From: Octopus vulgaris
Taxonomy: Eukaryota
Length of the DNA: 64,000 bases
NCBI GenBank assembly: GCA_951406725.2
Contig: OX597817.1
Span: 159,464,001-159,528,000 of the forward strand
Direction: 5' to 3'
In this document: piece after piece, positions 47,441-61,488 of the stretch
Layout of the letters: the number at the start of each line of letters is the position of its first letter
How positions within the stretch are numbered: position 1 is the stretch's first letter
The notes under the pieces: generated by a model
What the model was told of the DNA's origin: nothing
The model's database searches: none
The model's input: the letters and a program-made list of their open reading frames with translations, nothing else
Translations under genes and position numbers: made by a program

Positions 47441-50400
47441 TTTGTTTTTTTCAATATACATACATACATATATATATTATATGTATATATAAATATATAT
47501 GTATATATACTTATATATGTATATATATTTATATACACATATATATATGGTATGTAATGAATATTCATGTATTCTGAAACCTACATCATACAAGACTTAC
47601 CTGAACAGGAGTTAAGCCCAACGTGTTGAAAAATGCGAAAACACAGTAATTTCGATAAAGTAAGTTTGTGATAATTTTTATTATTTTAGTTTTATTAATA
47701 TATATACCTTCCATGTGGGTCTTCATTCTTGCACAGAGGTAGAGAGCTGAGTAACGGTTAAAAACAACATTGGGGTGTGAATGTGTGTGTGCCAGAGATA
47801 GAGTGAGGGTAGGAGAGTCTTGTGTACGTAGCAGGCTAAAAAAATGTTTAGCGATCCAGTGTACTTTTACTGACTAAATACATGCAAATGATTAAAAATT
47901 CTGGTCTTAATTCTAAACAAAACTTCATCTGAGGTAGGTAATGTCTTAGGTTTGCTTTTTTTTAATCCCAATTTTTCATTTCTTCATCATAATTGCGGCA
48001 ATTTTCCAGCTGTTTCGTCTATTAAAGCACCCTTCGCTAAACAACTTTTTACAACCGCTGTACTGACTTACAAGTATGGCTGGCACCATGTTTATCCATT
48101 AATGTTTGATTCGCTTCAATCAGACCAATTTCTACCGTGATACACGTATGCCTATCTTTACCTTACTCAATAATTTTTTTTTTAATTGGTTATAATTAGA
48201 GTAATTAATTATACATTTCCGTTTCTCGAGGGCCTGTTTGATTCTCAGTCCATTAACAGATAACATCATGTATAAATTTATGAAAAAAAAACCCAGCTTA
48301 AATCTTTTAGTAATATGCAAGTGATAAAGTAATAGTTTATGAATGGTATTAATATTTTGAACTTTTAAATCTAATTCTTTGTCCAGGCAAAACTTTGCTA
48401 TTTTTGCTTTCTTGAATGTGCACTAAACTTTAGCGCTTTGGTGTTGCTTTATTTTTTCGTTTTGTATTTATCATTTTCAGTGACTGAGTGAAATGTGCTC
48501 ATCATTATTGCTTATTTATCCAATTGTTATGAAAAATTAAAATTTTTAATCTTAAAATTACATCATTGTTTAAACTTTCTGATCTAACATCACTTACAAC
48601 TTTTGTTGTTGAAAACTTTTTTTTGCTTTGTACTGTAATCGTCTAAACTGGAAATAACTGTTAAAAAAATGCAACCTTCGGCTCCTCGCCTATCACCCTC
48701 CCTTTCCGCAGTTTTGTGTCCAACATGTTGGTTAGAACAGAGTCTCGAACCTGTTGAATGTAAAGCACGTGCGTTATGTTTGGACATGTGCATAAAGTAT
48801 TTATATAACCTCTCAACGTCACAGACCACATGGTGATTACGTCATCGTGGCATTCCCTCATTCACTCACAGCCTCTCCGATGTTGATACCGCTACTTCGT
48901 AGAGCAACAATTTAAACTCAATACATACCCCCCCCTCAAACTGCTTCCCTTCAATCATCATCACTCCTAGTCCTTTAGGGGGCCCCTTTTTTTCCTCCCC
49001 CTCTTCTTTTGTTTTTCCTTATTAAAACAGTTACCTTACATACCACTTTTCGATGTACCTACATTCATTCATTCATTACCAATAGTTTATCATTCTAACA
49101 TTATCGATCATGTTCTAGTTTGTTTAGTCGTCAAGAAATTCAATATATTTCTAAGTTCCTTCTAAACGTTTTATGTTTAACATTTTTTTAAAGCTTGTGT
49201 CGTTAGTTCTTTAGTAATTACTTTGTAATTTGTTATATATATATATATTATATTATATTATATTAAATTAGAGATAAAACCACTATTAGGCAAATCATAC
49301 AATGAAAAACTCAAGCCAATACATAAGATTAATTAATTTATATTATTTTAAATATATATCAAAATTATTAAAAAAAAGATGATTAGTATAACACTACGAT
49401 CGTTTCATGGCTGTCCAGTTCTTAAAATTTCGGGTTACAGTCATTCTTCAGGTGATATTTAATGGTAGACGTGCATGTATATAACTACGTTTAATAGAAC
49501 CATTAACTTGTTCATTTATAAAAAATAACACCAAACCATTTAATGCTGTTTCGTCAAGTACAGAAGAATATTATTGCGTCCTGTGTGTGTGTGTGTGTGT
49601 GCTCGTCCCGTGAATTGTCAATATAAAACTTATTTTAATCTAAGGGAAATAACTCCATTTTATGCCATGTTTTTTTTCTTTTCAGTATCCTTACATTTTA
49701 ATTATATAAAGATATAATATATGTTTAATTTTTTTTTAAATAATCTCTATGGTATTATTATCTTAATATTTATCACTATTCATTATGTCTGTGACTCTGT
49801 GAGCTAATTAAGAGCAAATACCAATAACATTTATATACAAACAGCCACGGTTTAATTATACTAAATTCATCTTAAGTTTGATTCAACAGTTTTAATAAGT
49901 CTTGTAATATCATTTTTTCCCCAAATTTCAGGCCCTACCAGTTCCCAGTAATATAATAGACAGACATTCTTGCATGGTAATATAAGTATGTAGGGATGTA
50001 GCTTAAGGAGATAAATAAAGTCTCTTAGTCAGCAGTTATTACTGCTTGAACTAGTGTTAACTGATACTGCAAATCTAATTTGGTCATTTGGGTTGTATCA
50101 CTTTTTTTTTCTTCTTTAAATCAGAAATATATGACAACTTTTTCAACAGCAATCCTCGAGAGTTTTCTCTTTTTTCTTTTTCAATCAATTTTCTAAATTA
50201 AAATTTAGTTTTAACAAATGAATTTTAATATCTCTTTTGTGTGAGTGTGTAGTCGTATGGTAGCGTGTATTCTATATTACAGGCGCAAGTACGGCAATGT
50301 TTAATTACTCAGAATCAGTGTATTTTTCTAAAACGATTGTTTTTCGTTGAATTCTCAGTTTATTATAAAATTGCTTTATCAACTATATTCTACATCATCG

Positions 50401-52828
50401 TGTAGCGTCATCCACATTCCACTGGGAATTTCATAGCAGCTTACTATTACATTGTCGAATTGTCCACAATATCTTTATATACTTAATTGTTACATATAGA
50501 CAACTCATATATAAAATATGTAGATGGTTTTAAAATATATAAAACTAGAGTAGCGGAGACGAGAGGTGGACATTGCAGTAATGGCTAGCATAGTCCTCAA
50601 TGAAGCCATGCGTGCTTTCTCGCTATCCACTCTTGTTTGAATAAATTTAATATCAAAAATAAAGCAAAGGGCTGTAAATGCCAGTGGTTAAAAAGTACGA
50701 TTAGTAGATAATACTGATAGTTTAGAAGTGTTTATTTGTTTTACTGATCTCATTAGAACAACACCGACTTGGCGTGCAACAAGCAAAAGAATCTACCACA
50801 GTGACATCCTAGAGTAGAAAGCGCCCCCTACTTCTCGGGCGCAATGTCGTACCATCTGGTCCTTTTGGTAGGAGCTAAAACCGACTGGCTCCCCAACAGA
50901 TTATTCATTGAGATAAATGATCGTTTCATTATTCTGTGGATCTGCAAGTGCTTTCGAAAACAACTGGCATTTAAAATGGCAGGGAAAGTTCATGTAATTT
51001 CAGCATAACTACAGATTGGTGCCTCCCACTAGTTCGTTTTCTCATAACTTATTGAAGAAAAAAAATACGTAATTTTTAAATAAAATTTTGCAGAGCGGGT
51101 GTAGATTTTTGATTATGCCTATGAAATTTATAGAAAAAGGAAACTGTTTTTTTGGTGGTGGTGAGGGGACTTTCGGATAATTCGTCCCAACTCCCTCTCC
51201 CTATTTCGTTAATCTAAGCACTTTTTGCTTTTTTTCTTTAGATTTATATTTCTGAATCATCGGTATTACATAATCTGCACTCTCAAAACCAAGCTTTTGT
51301 AAATTTTCGTTTAAAAATATGTATTTTATTGAGAGTTAGGAGGAAACAATCAGAAGATGCAAGTCAAAAGTTATTGTAATTCCAACGGCATTTGCATGAA
51401 GCATAGATATCGGTACACACTCTCAATGGCACTTTTTTCATAATTTGTAACCATTCAATAAATTGTCAGTGTTACAAATCAACACCACATGTGTGGATAA
51501 TATAAAGCATTCACCTGTTGATTATTACAGTTGTTTTTTAACAATCTAATTTTGATGTTAGCAAAATAGCATCCCATTCTTTCATTCGTACTTTTTGTCT
51601 GAAACCACCTTGTTCAGATTTGGCAAACTCCTGTCAATGCAAAAGAGGATGTGGTTCATTAAGTCCAAGAAGAATGGGCTAATGCCAAGAAACAGGGCAT
51701 TAGATTTCTCTACAGATGTTGAGACCCAGTCTACCATTATTCAGTGGTAAAGAGACAAGGTAGAAACTTCTTTACCTCTTTAGGTACAGGCATGGCTGTG
51801 CAGTTAAATTGATTTCCAAACACATGGTTTTGGATTCTTGGTCAAGGTGCCATGTTGTGTCTGCATGACACCTTGAGCCTTCTATTACAGCCCCAGGCAG
51901 ACCAAAGCCTTGTAATTGAATGTGGAAGCTTATTGTGTGTGTGTATTTATATATGTATGTATATGTATATATATTTGTTAATATTTAGCAGAGGCAACAA
52001 AGTGACTTGTGGTCCAAGAATTTCATGCATTAGCACTTATAACTTTGATAAGTGCCAGTGCACGAAACTCTTGGGCCTTGAATCACTTTGTTGCTTCTGC
52101 AGAATATTAATAAAATGTACATATATTCATATTTTGAGTTCTATTTTTCTTGTTTGCATCACCATGCCTATGTGTGTGTGTACGCACTGGCAGCTCTTCA
52201 CAGATTCCATGCAACACATTCAAAGTGGAGGTAAAACAACTATGCATGTGGGCTTGGTAGAACAAACAGGATAAATAGAGCTCAGTACATGAGTATTATA
52301 TATTTATTTTTAATCAGCAGAAAATACAAAGTGACACAAGGGTTGGTAGTTTTATGCATGCCACTTAACCACTCATGGATACACACATGCAGGGCTTTTG
52401 CTAACATTGGGGGGGGGGAACATGTTGAGTGAAGGAATATTTGTGTGTATATGTGGTTATGAGATCCAAGTTTGATCCCATTGCAAGGTATATTCTACTG
52501 CTGTCTTTGATTCAAGTGTTTTAGAAAAATGTGGATAAGTAGATACCATACCAGTATACAAATTTATATAATGTGTGTGTACAGGAGTCTTTGAAAGTTT
52601 TTAAATTTAAATGACTGAGTCATTTACTTGAGTAGCTGAGACAATTATTTGACAATATTTTCTGGAGAGTCCAATGTGTGCACGAATATATGTTGGAGTC
52701 AATAGCAAAATAAACTTACGAAAATGACTCTTGCTCTTTCAGTCATTTTTATTTTTTATGCCAATTAAAAGAATATATTCATCTCTTTTTTGGTGTGTGT
52801 GTGTATATATATATATATACATGCCCGT

Positions 52829-52864
<36 letters not shown>

Positions 52865-53342
52865 ACGGGCATGTATATTTTGTCTTTATTTCCATGCATT
52901 TCATAGTTTTTAAGTATCAGCTTCTTTATCACTATATGCTGAAAGTGTTTAACCTTTAGCATTTGAACTGGCCATATCTGACACAAAACATTTCACTTGT
53001 TTTGTATTCAAACTGGCCAGATCCAGCCTCTCACATCTACTCTATGATGTCATTCTGAAGAGAAACAATACTACATCATCAAAATCTTGATAATGCATGA
53101 TTAATTCGAAGCAATATGCATAAGTAAGCATTAAATTTGACAGTAATCTCAATACAAGAGTTAAGCAGCAGGACCATTTTTAATGGGCCCACATTCTGGT
53201 CAGAACTATATTTCTATTTTATGAAGATTAGTGTTCTGGATATCTTTGATTACTCTCAATGTGCATAGTATTACTGAGGGATCTCTAATATAACTTTATC
53301 TAAACATGAGTTACATTCTAATTTATTTTCCTGGCTTTCTTT

Positions 53343-53559
53343 CATCATCATCATTTAACGTCCGCTTTCCATGTTAGCATGGGTTGGACGGTTTGACTGA
53401 GGACTGGCAAACCAGATGTCTGCACCAGGCTCCAATCTTGATCTGGCAGAGTTTCTACAGCTGGATGCCCTTTCTAATGCCAACCACTCTGAGAGTGTAG
53501 TGGGTGCTTTTATGTGCCACCGGCATGAGGGCCAGTTAGGCGGTACTGACAACAGCTAC
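53343..53559 (-). mobile_element. RTE 3'UTR fragment (mirror of 36340-36556)
   Basis: catcatcatcatttaacgtccgc... reverse complement of the left-arm copy. Confidence 0.85.
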
Positions 53560-53796
53560 GCTCAAATTACTAATTAATAAACAATTTGTTATTTATCCTG
53601 TAAAGTTAGTTACTTATGTTTGTATCAAAATAAACCAAAGAAATAAAGAAAATGTCTATTGCTCAATCCCTTTTCCCTGCTGATATGTGTTGGGTGGGTT
53701 GTCTCAGTATCTTACCACTTGTTGGGCTCAGTACAAAACCACCTGTTACATACATGCGCTCAAATATGCATTCAACCTGATGGATGCTCTCTATAT

Positions 53797-54405
53797 CACC
53801 AACCACTTTACAGCATAGATTCTTATGTCAGGAACACTAGGAATGTTGTCTTGCTGCAGCACTAATGAGTCTCTACTACTCTATGTCCTATTTCATTCAG
53901 AGTTAGTGCTCTCCTAGATAGTTGTGGCATGAGGGAGTTCATGTAATTTATATTCATGTAAACTGTGGAATAAAAGAAATAGAAATAAACCATGTAACGG
54001 CGAGTGAACCGGGGAGAAGCCCAGCGCCGGTCGTCGAGAGCTGTGGCGCAAGGGTCGTACACGGTCGATCGTTTCGCCCGGCTAGGTTCGGAGTCCCCTC
54101 GATCGGGGCTGCCCAGAGCGGGTGCCAGGCCCATTCGGAGCCGGCGGCGATCGGCGGTGTTCATCGGCCCGAGAGTTGGGTTGCTTGGGAACGCAGCCCA
54201 AAGCTTTACACCAACCACTTTACAGCATAGATTCTTATGTCAGGAACACTAGGAATGTTGTCTTGCTGCAGCACTAATGAGTCTCTACTACTCTATGTCC
54301 TATTTCATTCAGAGTTAGTGCTCTCCTAGATAGTTGTGGCATGAGGGAGTTCATGTAATTTATATTCATGTAAACTGTGGAATAAAAGAAATAGAAATAA
54401 ACCAT
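53797..54405. repeat. 197-bp direct duplication (53797-53993 and 54209-54405) flanking the 28S insert
   Basis: caccaaccactttacagc ... gaaataaaccat occurs twice, and both copies are 197 bp. Confidence 0.95.
53994..54204 (+). pseudogene. 28S: 28S rRNA fragment (D1 region), mirror copy
   Basis: gtaacggcgagtgaaccggggagaagcccagcgcc ... gagttgggttgcttgggaacgcagcccaaagc. Confidence 0.92.
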
Positions 54406-54456
54406 ATTACATAGTTGAATTACATACAATGGACTACATATCAGCACATTTGGTAA

Positions 54457-54857
54457 TTACTCTTTTACTTGTTTCAGTCATTTGACTGCGGCCATGCTGG
54501 AGCACCGCCTTTAGTCGAGCAAATTGACCCCGGGACTTATTCTTTGTAAGCCCAGTACTTATTCTATCGGTCTCTTTTGCCGAACCGCTAAGTGACAGGG
54601 ACGTAAACACACCAGCATCAGTTGTAAAGCAATGCTAGGGGGACAAACACAGACACACAAACACACACACACATACATATATATACATATGTACATATAT
54701 ACAACAGGCTTCTTTCAGTTTCCGTCTACCAAATCCACTCACAAGGCATTGGTCAGCCCAGGGCTATAGCAGAAGATACTTGCCCAAGATGCCACGCAGT
54801 GGGACTGAACCCGGAACCATGTGGTTGGTTAGCAAGCTACTTACCACACAGCCACTC
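54457..54857 (-). mobile_element. tRNA-derived SINE (mirror of 35047-35445)
   Basis: Reverse complement of the left-arm copy. Confidence 0.87.
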
Positions 54858-55438
54858 TTGCGTGGTTCTTTTTTTTTTTTTTTTACACTGAGTATGGAAA
54901 GCAGATTGATGTGATTATGGACAGGCTACATACATTTCATTAAAGTTTTGCAGGATTGGAGCTGACGAGGGAAACTACACAAATTCATCTTCTGGCTGCA
55001 TTGCTTGCATGGCTTCTATATGTGATTCTATATTGTCATCCTATTCAATTCATTAATATGAATTTGAATTGGGAGCTCAGTTTAACTCTTCTGCTGTCTC
55101 TTTACAATCTCTCATGTTGCAGTCCCATAACTTTGCCATATCCCTGGCAGGGTGGCTCAATGGGTGCCATGCCTTGCCAAAGGGTAACATGTGACTATGC
55201 AGAGCACGATCATCACTCCATGAGATTTTCAAAATACCAGCATACCCATAAACTCATTAAAATGTTTTTTTTTTTTTTCAGTCCTAAACTAATTATCCCA
55301 AATTTGACTTGATTATTTCATTAATGTTTTACTAATTTTATCATCACAGTTTGTAATATTTCTAAATTTTCTTTTTACACTTTCTCTCTCTTTTGTCTTT
55401 TAGCTGAAAATGGTCCACAGCTCATGTTGGATATTTCT

Positions 55439-56342
55439 CAATCATCTCCAATGGCTGGTTCCTTTGGATTGTTACATAACTAATACACCTGGTAAATATA
55501 AATTCATTTTTCTTAAACACTTTTTATGAATTAGGTAGTCTTTCACTTAGAACACTGATTCTCAACTTGGCTCCATGTGACGCTCTTGTATATAAGATTT
55601 AGTGGGTCCACATAAGCAAAATCATCTCCAATGGCTGGTTCCTTTGGATTGTTACATAACTAATACACCTGGTAAATATAAATTCATTTTTCTTAAACAC
55701 TTTTTATGAATTAGGTAGTCTTTCACTTAGAACACTGATTCTCAACTTGGCTCCATGTGACGCTCTTGTATATAAGATTTAGTGGGTCCACATAAGCAAA
55801 ATCATCTCCAATGGCTGGTTCCTTTGGATTGTTACATAACTAATACACCTGGTAAATATAAATTCATTTTTCTTAAACACTTTTTATGAATTAGGTAGTC
55901 TTTCACTTAGAACACTGATTCTCAACTTGGCTCCATGTGACGCTCTTGTATATAGGATTTAGTGGGTCCACATAAGCAAAATCATCTCCAATGGCTGGTT
56001 CCTTTGGATTGTTACATAACTAATACACCTGGTAAATATAAATTCATTTTTCTTAAACACTTTTTATGAATTAGGTAGTCTTTCACTTAGAACACTGATT
56101 CTCAACTTGGCTCCATGTGACGCTCTTGTATATAAGATTTAGTGGGTCCACATAAGCAAAATCATCTCCAATGGCTGGTTCCTTTGGATTGTTACATAAC
56201 TAATACACCTGGTAAATATAAATTCATTTTTCTTAAACACTTTTTATGAATTAGGTAGTCTTTCACTTAGAACACTGATTCTCAACTTGGCTCCATGTGA
56301 CCCCCTTGTATATAAGATTTAGTGGGTCCACATAAGCAAAAT
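55439..56342. repeat. Tandem array, 5 x 180 bp (mirror)
   Basis: atcatctccaatggctggtt recurs at 55441, 55621, 55801, 55981 and 56161. Confidence 0.97.
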
Positions 56343-56474
56343 AGTAAATTGGATTCACAGTAGTATTTTATGGGTTCAGGAACAAATTTTGCTTTATTTA
56401 TATGAATATTTATTGCAAGAAACAACTAGGTTTCTTTCTCTGACCATTTACATAGTTCAGTCTATGCAAGTTAA

Positions 56475-56696
56475 CCCTTTAGCATTTAAACCGGCCTTAT
56501 CCGGCCAAAAAGTATTCTGCCTGTTTTATGGTCAAACTGGCCAGATCTGGTCTCTCACACCAACCTTACAATATCATTTTAAAAATTAACAGCTACCTCA
56601 TCAAAATCTCATAACTACAAGATAATGCATGATTAGTTCAAAACAATGAGGACAAAAAAGCATTAGTTTTGGCAGAATAATGCGAACACTAAAGGG
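56475..56696. mobile_element. Family A TTAA MITE (mirror of 33208-33428)
   Basis: TTAA|ccctttagc ... cactaaaggg|TTAA. Confidence 0.85.
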
Positions 56697-56952
56697 TTAA
56701 TGTGTGATACACAAAATAGGAATTTTGAAAGAAGTATCTATTAAACTTGTTTTTAAACATCAAATGGCTTGTGGGGGTGAGGCAGAGATGCCCACCAGAG
56801 TAAAAGAGTAATCAAAAGGATCCATAGATAAAAAGTGGTTGAGACCCACTAACTTTGAATATTTAACTTTCTTTCACCTGTAAATTAAGCAATTTTATCA
56901 ATTCAGTGAATATTCCAATTATTTGCAGCTTGAAGAGTTGGGTTTTTCTTTT

Positions 56953-57849
56953 CATCATCATCATCATCATTGTTTAACGTCCACTTTCCATGCTAGCATG
57001 GGTTGAACGATTAGACTGAGGACTGGCGAACCAGATGGCTGCACCAGGCTCCAATCTGATCTGGCAAAGTTTCTATAGCTGGATGCCCTTCCTAACGCCA
57101 ACCACTCCGAGAGTGTAGTAGGTGCTTTTATGTGCCACCGGCACGAGGGCCAGTCAGGCGGTACTGGCAACAGCCATGCTCAAGTGATGTTTTTTACGTG
57201 CCACCTGTGCAGGAGCCAGTCCAGTGGCACTGGCAGTCACCTCACTCAAATGTTTTTCACATGCACCGGCACAAGTGCCAGTAAGGCAATGCTGGTAATG
57301 ATCATGTTTGAATGGTGCTTTTTACGTGCCAGTCATCAAATTTGTGAATTTGATTTGATTTCGATTGCCTCAACAGGTCTTCGCAAGCAGAGTTTAGTGC
57401 CCAATGAAGGAAAGATACGTATAAGTGGGCTGGTTACACCCCTGGCATAGGCCACGGGTTATGGTCTCACTTGGCTTGCCAGGTCTTCTCAGGCACTGCA
57501 TATTTCCAAAGGTCTTGGTCACTAGTCATTGCCTCGGTGAGGCCTACTGATCAAAGGTTGTGCTTCACCACCTCATCCCAGGTCTTCCTGGGTCTACCTC
57601 TTCCACAGGTTCCCTCAACCGCTAGGGTGTGGCACTTTTTCACACAGCTATCCTCATCCATTCTCGCCACATGGCCATACCGGCGCAGTCGTCTCTCTTG
57701 CACACCACATCTGATGCTTCTTAGGTCCAGCTTTTCTCTCAAGGTACTTACAATCTGTCCAATATGCACACTGACATTACACACCCATCAGAGCATACTG
57801 GCTTCATTCATTGCAAGCTTACGCATGTCCTCAGCAGTCATGGCCCATG
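56953..57849 (-). mobile_element. 5'-truncated RTE LINE (mirror of 32057-32950)
   Basis: ORF 57551..57784 encodes the same RRLRRYGHVARM...GRGRPRKTW peptide. Confidence 0.88.
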
Positions 57850-59732
57850 TTTTTCTATTTACATTCTTATATGACTTTATTTTCTCTAATTAAGCTAATT
57901 AAAATAGACATTTTTTGTTAGCTTAAGAATATTTCTTTAGATTTTCATGAACCTTTAATAACATTATCACCTTTATATCTGGTTTTCTATGCCCATATGA
58001 GTTAAACGGGTCTCCCCTCCAGCACAATATCTTGCCACTTAACATGGTCACTTACCATCTCCATGAAATTCTGCATCCTAAGATCAGCTTTAATCACTTG
58101 TCAATGTCTTCATACCTTCCACCTGTACTATTTGCCCAGATTTCATCATCTGTGTGCCTCATATATCTATACCAGTGCAACCATCTCTCTTGTATACCTT
58201 ATTTGATTCCTCTTACACCATTTTTTCTCTTACTTCATTTGTGCTCTATAGTTCATGCACACTCACGTATCATGTGGAGCATGCTTGCTACACTTACGTA
58301 TCATGTGGAGCATGCTTGCTACATTTATTTCCAGGTTTTGTGTCTCCTTTCCACATTAAGTGTCTTATTACCATGCAACATCACTTCATAGACAAATGTC
58401 AGACAATATAGTCTTGGTGAGAGAATCCCTTTGCAGTCAACAGCTAATAACTCCCTAAACTTTTCCCATCCTATTCTTACTGTTGCTACCGAGATTTCAG
58501 AACACCTACCTTCACTATTAACAAGGTTACCCAAGTAACATCTTTGGCACCTTCTAAAACTTTACAAGAACTTTGTGGATGCTCCGACTGCTAACTATTG
58601 TTGTTGATTACTCACATAGGAAGGGATGTCTTTATCCTGTCATTTCACTCCTGTGCACCGATGGTTTACTTGTGTGCATGAACAGAATTCTTACCTACTG
58701 TTTTCTTGATTATTGGGCATGTCTTTCTGACATGGCTATAGAATTCTGTCTCTCTTCCTCTCAAATTAATTTACTCAACAGGATCTACGAATACATCCAC
58801 ACACGTGCTCTCATTATGTCATAAGTAGCATGGATTTAATATTGCTACATCCATCCACAAGATAGACTTTTGCTTCAGAGAAAATGTGTGGAGTTTTGTG
58901 ATAGTAATGTGATGTCCAACAACGTTAATGTTGATGAACTGGGTCGCTTCCTAGCTCTCACTTTTACCAAAGATTGGTGTACAACTGGACACAAACTTAA
59001 AATGTTTTTCTTAGGTTTACTATTGGACCTCTCAAACCTAAGTTTTATTTCCATGTTGGGTATTTCTTCTCTGTGTCCGAGACAAATTCAGCCATGATAA
59101 CTTGGAAATGAGCTTACATTATCTGATTTTCTACTCTTCTTTTATGCCCTAGAGAACTATAATAAACAGGTGGGAATGAGTACCAAGACAACTTTTTCTG
59201 TTCCTTCCTTGGTCCATTAGCTTGATGATTCTGTAGTAACTGCTTTCTAGAGCAGTGCCTTTGTACTTGTCATGTGTTAATGATGACACTGCTATGCTAG
59301 TACGTCCTTGTTGCTTATGCAGGTGACTTAGTTGTCCTCTACTTCAGATATTTTCACCATCTCAGTAATTATTTCTGATGTCCAGCTGCTTGTCAGGCCA
59401 TCATATCTTCAACCCTTTAGCATTCAGATTACCTTGTCAAATGTAATGCTTATATTTATTCATGTTGTTTTGAATTAATCAAGCATTATCTCAAGGTTTC
59501 AAGATTTTGATAATGTGATTGTTCAATTTTAGAATGACATTGTAGGTTAAATGTGAGGGGCTGGATATGGCCAGTTTGAATGTTAAAGGATTAATCATGT
59601 TTTCAAGTATGCATTTATTAGGAATTGTCCCTTGGTGTAGTTCCTTTCTCCCATGCATTCTCCACTTTCAGGAACCTCTCATAATACTATTTCCAAGCAT
59701 TTTCTTGTGTTAGTGAGGATAAGTGAGCTACT

Positions 59733-60100
59733 GTGGAGGCGCAATGGCCCAGAGGTTAGGGCAACGGACTCACGGTCATAGGATCGCGGTTTCGATTCCC
59801 AGACCAGGCGTTGTGTTTATTGAGCGAAAACACCTAAAGCTCCACGAGGCTCCGGCAGGGGATGGTGGTGATCCCTGCTGTACTCTTTCACCACAACTTT
59901 CTCTCACTCTTACTTCCTGTTTCTGTTGTACCTGTATTTCAAAGGGCCGGCCATGTCACTCTCTGTGTCACGCTGAATATCTCCGAGAACTACGTTAAGG
60001 GTACACGTGTCTGTGGAGTGCTCAGCCACTTACACGTTAATTTCACGAGCAGGCTGTTCCAACCGGAACCCTCGTCGTCGTAACCGACGGGAGTGCTTCC
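59733..60100 (+). mobile_element. Young tRNA-derived SINE (mirror of 29806-30173)
   Basis: TSD aagtgagctact on both sides. Confidence 0.9.
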
Positions 60101-60465
60101 AAGTGAGCTACTCGTGATCATGTTGACACACAGCTTTGCAATCATAAGTACGTCTGATCTTGCCACTAAAGAATATTGCTTACCTTCAGCTTCTTTCTAT
60201 GTTTCATATACCTAACAGCTTCACTTCTGATATTATTTATTGTTCCCTCTAATCTTTCCAGACCTGTCTCTTCACTGTTATGGCTCCAGCTACTGTACCA
60301 ATCCACTACTATGTCACATGTCTGTGTGTCCAGTAACCTTACCCCAGTCGCAGTTCTAATTTGTGTAGTATGGGGTTTAGGTCGTTTATGTCTATGCTTG
60401 TGTGTATGATTTAACGCAGTCAACTGAAACTCGGCTTCATCATGTAGCCAGTATTATTGGAGTAT

Positions 60466-60849
60466 GGAAGCACTCCGTCGGTTACGACGACGAGGGTTCC
60501 GGTTGATCCGAATCAACAGAACAGCCTGCTCGTGAAATTAACGTGTAAGTGGCTGAGCACTCCACAGACACGTGTACCCTTAACGTAGTTCTCGGGGGTA
60601 TTCAGCATGACACAGAGAGTGACAAGGCCGGCCCTTTGAAATACAGGTACAACAGAAACAGGAAGTAAGAGTGAGAGAAAGTTGTGGTGAAAGAGTACAG
60701 CAGGGATCACCACCATCCCCTGCCAGAGCCTCATGAAGCTTTAGGTGTTTTCGCTCAATAAACACTCAAAACGCTCGGTCTGGGAATCGAAACCGCAATC
60801 CTATGACCGCGAGTCCGCTGCCCTAACCACTGGGCCATTGCGCCTCCAC
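60466..60849 (-). mobile_element. Young tRNA-derived SINE (mirror of 29057-29440)
   Basis: TSD tattggagtat on both sides. Confidence 0.9.
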
Positions 60850-61271
60850 TATTGGAGTATACAAATCTATACAAAACTAATGGTTGTTATAAGGTAGCAT
60901 TCTTTGTCATTTGTCAGCCTGGGTGTTCATGTTTGGGGACCTCCAAGTTGTGGGAGGGGAGGTAACTCTCAAGGAATTAGGCATCAAGAAGAAATATTCA
61001 GATGCATGTACTATATGCACATTGATGCACACACATCTGCATGTGTGCTCACGAGTGTAGGCAAATACAGACATATATACAGAAGATGTATACATATACT
61101 TATCATATCCATGTGCATTACTAGATGTTGTAGGCAATAAATTCTTAATTTACCGAAATTTTGTTATGAATTGATAATTGTTTGCAATCCAGTGGTAGGT
61201 GTTAGTATGCTCAAAGAGAAGGGGAAATAATTGACCAAAATTAAGTATTTAAGTTTATCTTCATGCTTTAA

Positions 61272-61488
61272 CCCTTTAGTGTTCGCATTATTCTGCCAAA
61301 ATCCTTTTTTATCCACATTGCTTTGAACTAATCATGCATTATCTTGTAGTTATGAGATTATGATGAGGTAGCTGTTAATTTTTAAAACGATATTGTAGGG
61401 TAGGTGTGAGAGACAAGATCTGGCCAGTTTGAACATAAAATAGGCAGAATACTTCTGGCCAGATATGGCTGGTTTAAATGCTAAAGGG
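61272..61488. mobile_element. Family A TTAA MITE (mirror of 28418-28634)
   Basis: TTAA|ccctttagtg ... gctaaaggg|TTAA. Confidence 0.85.
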
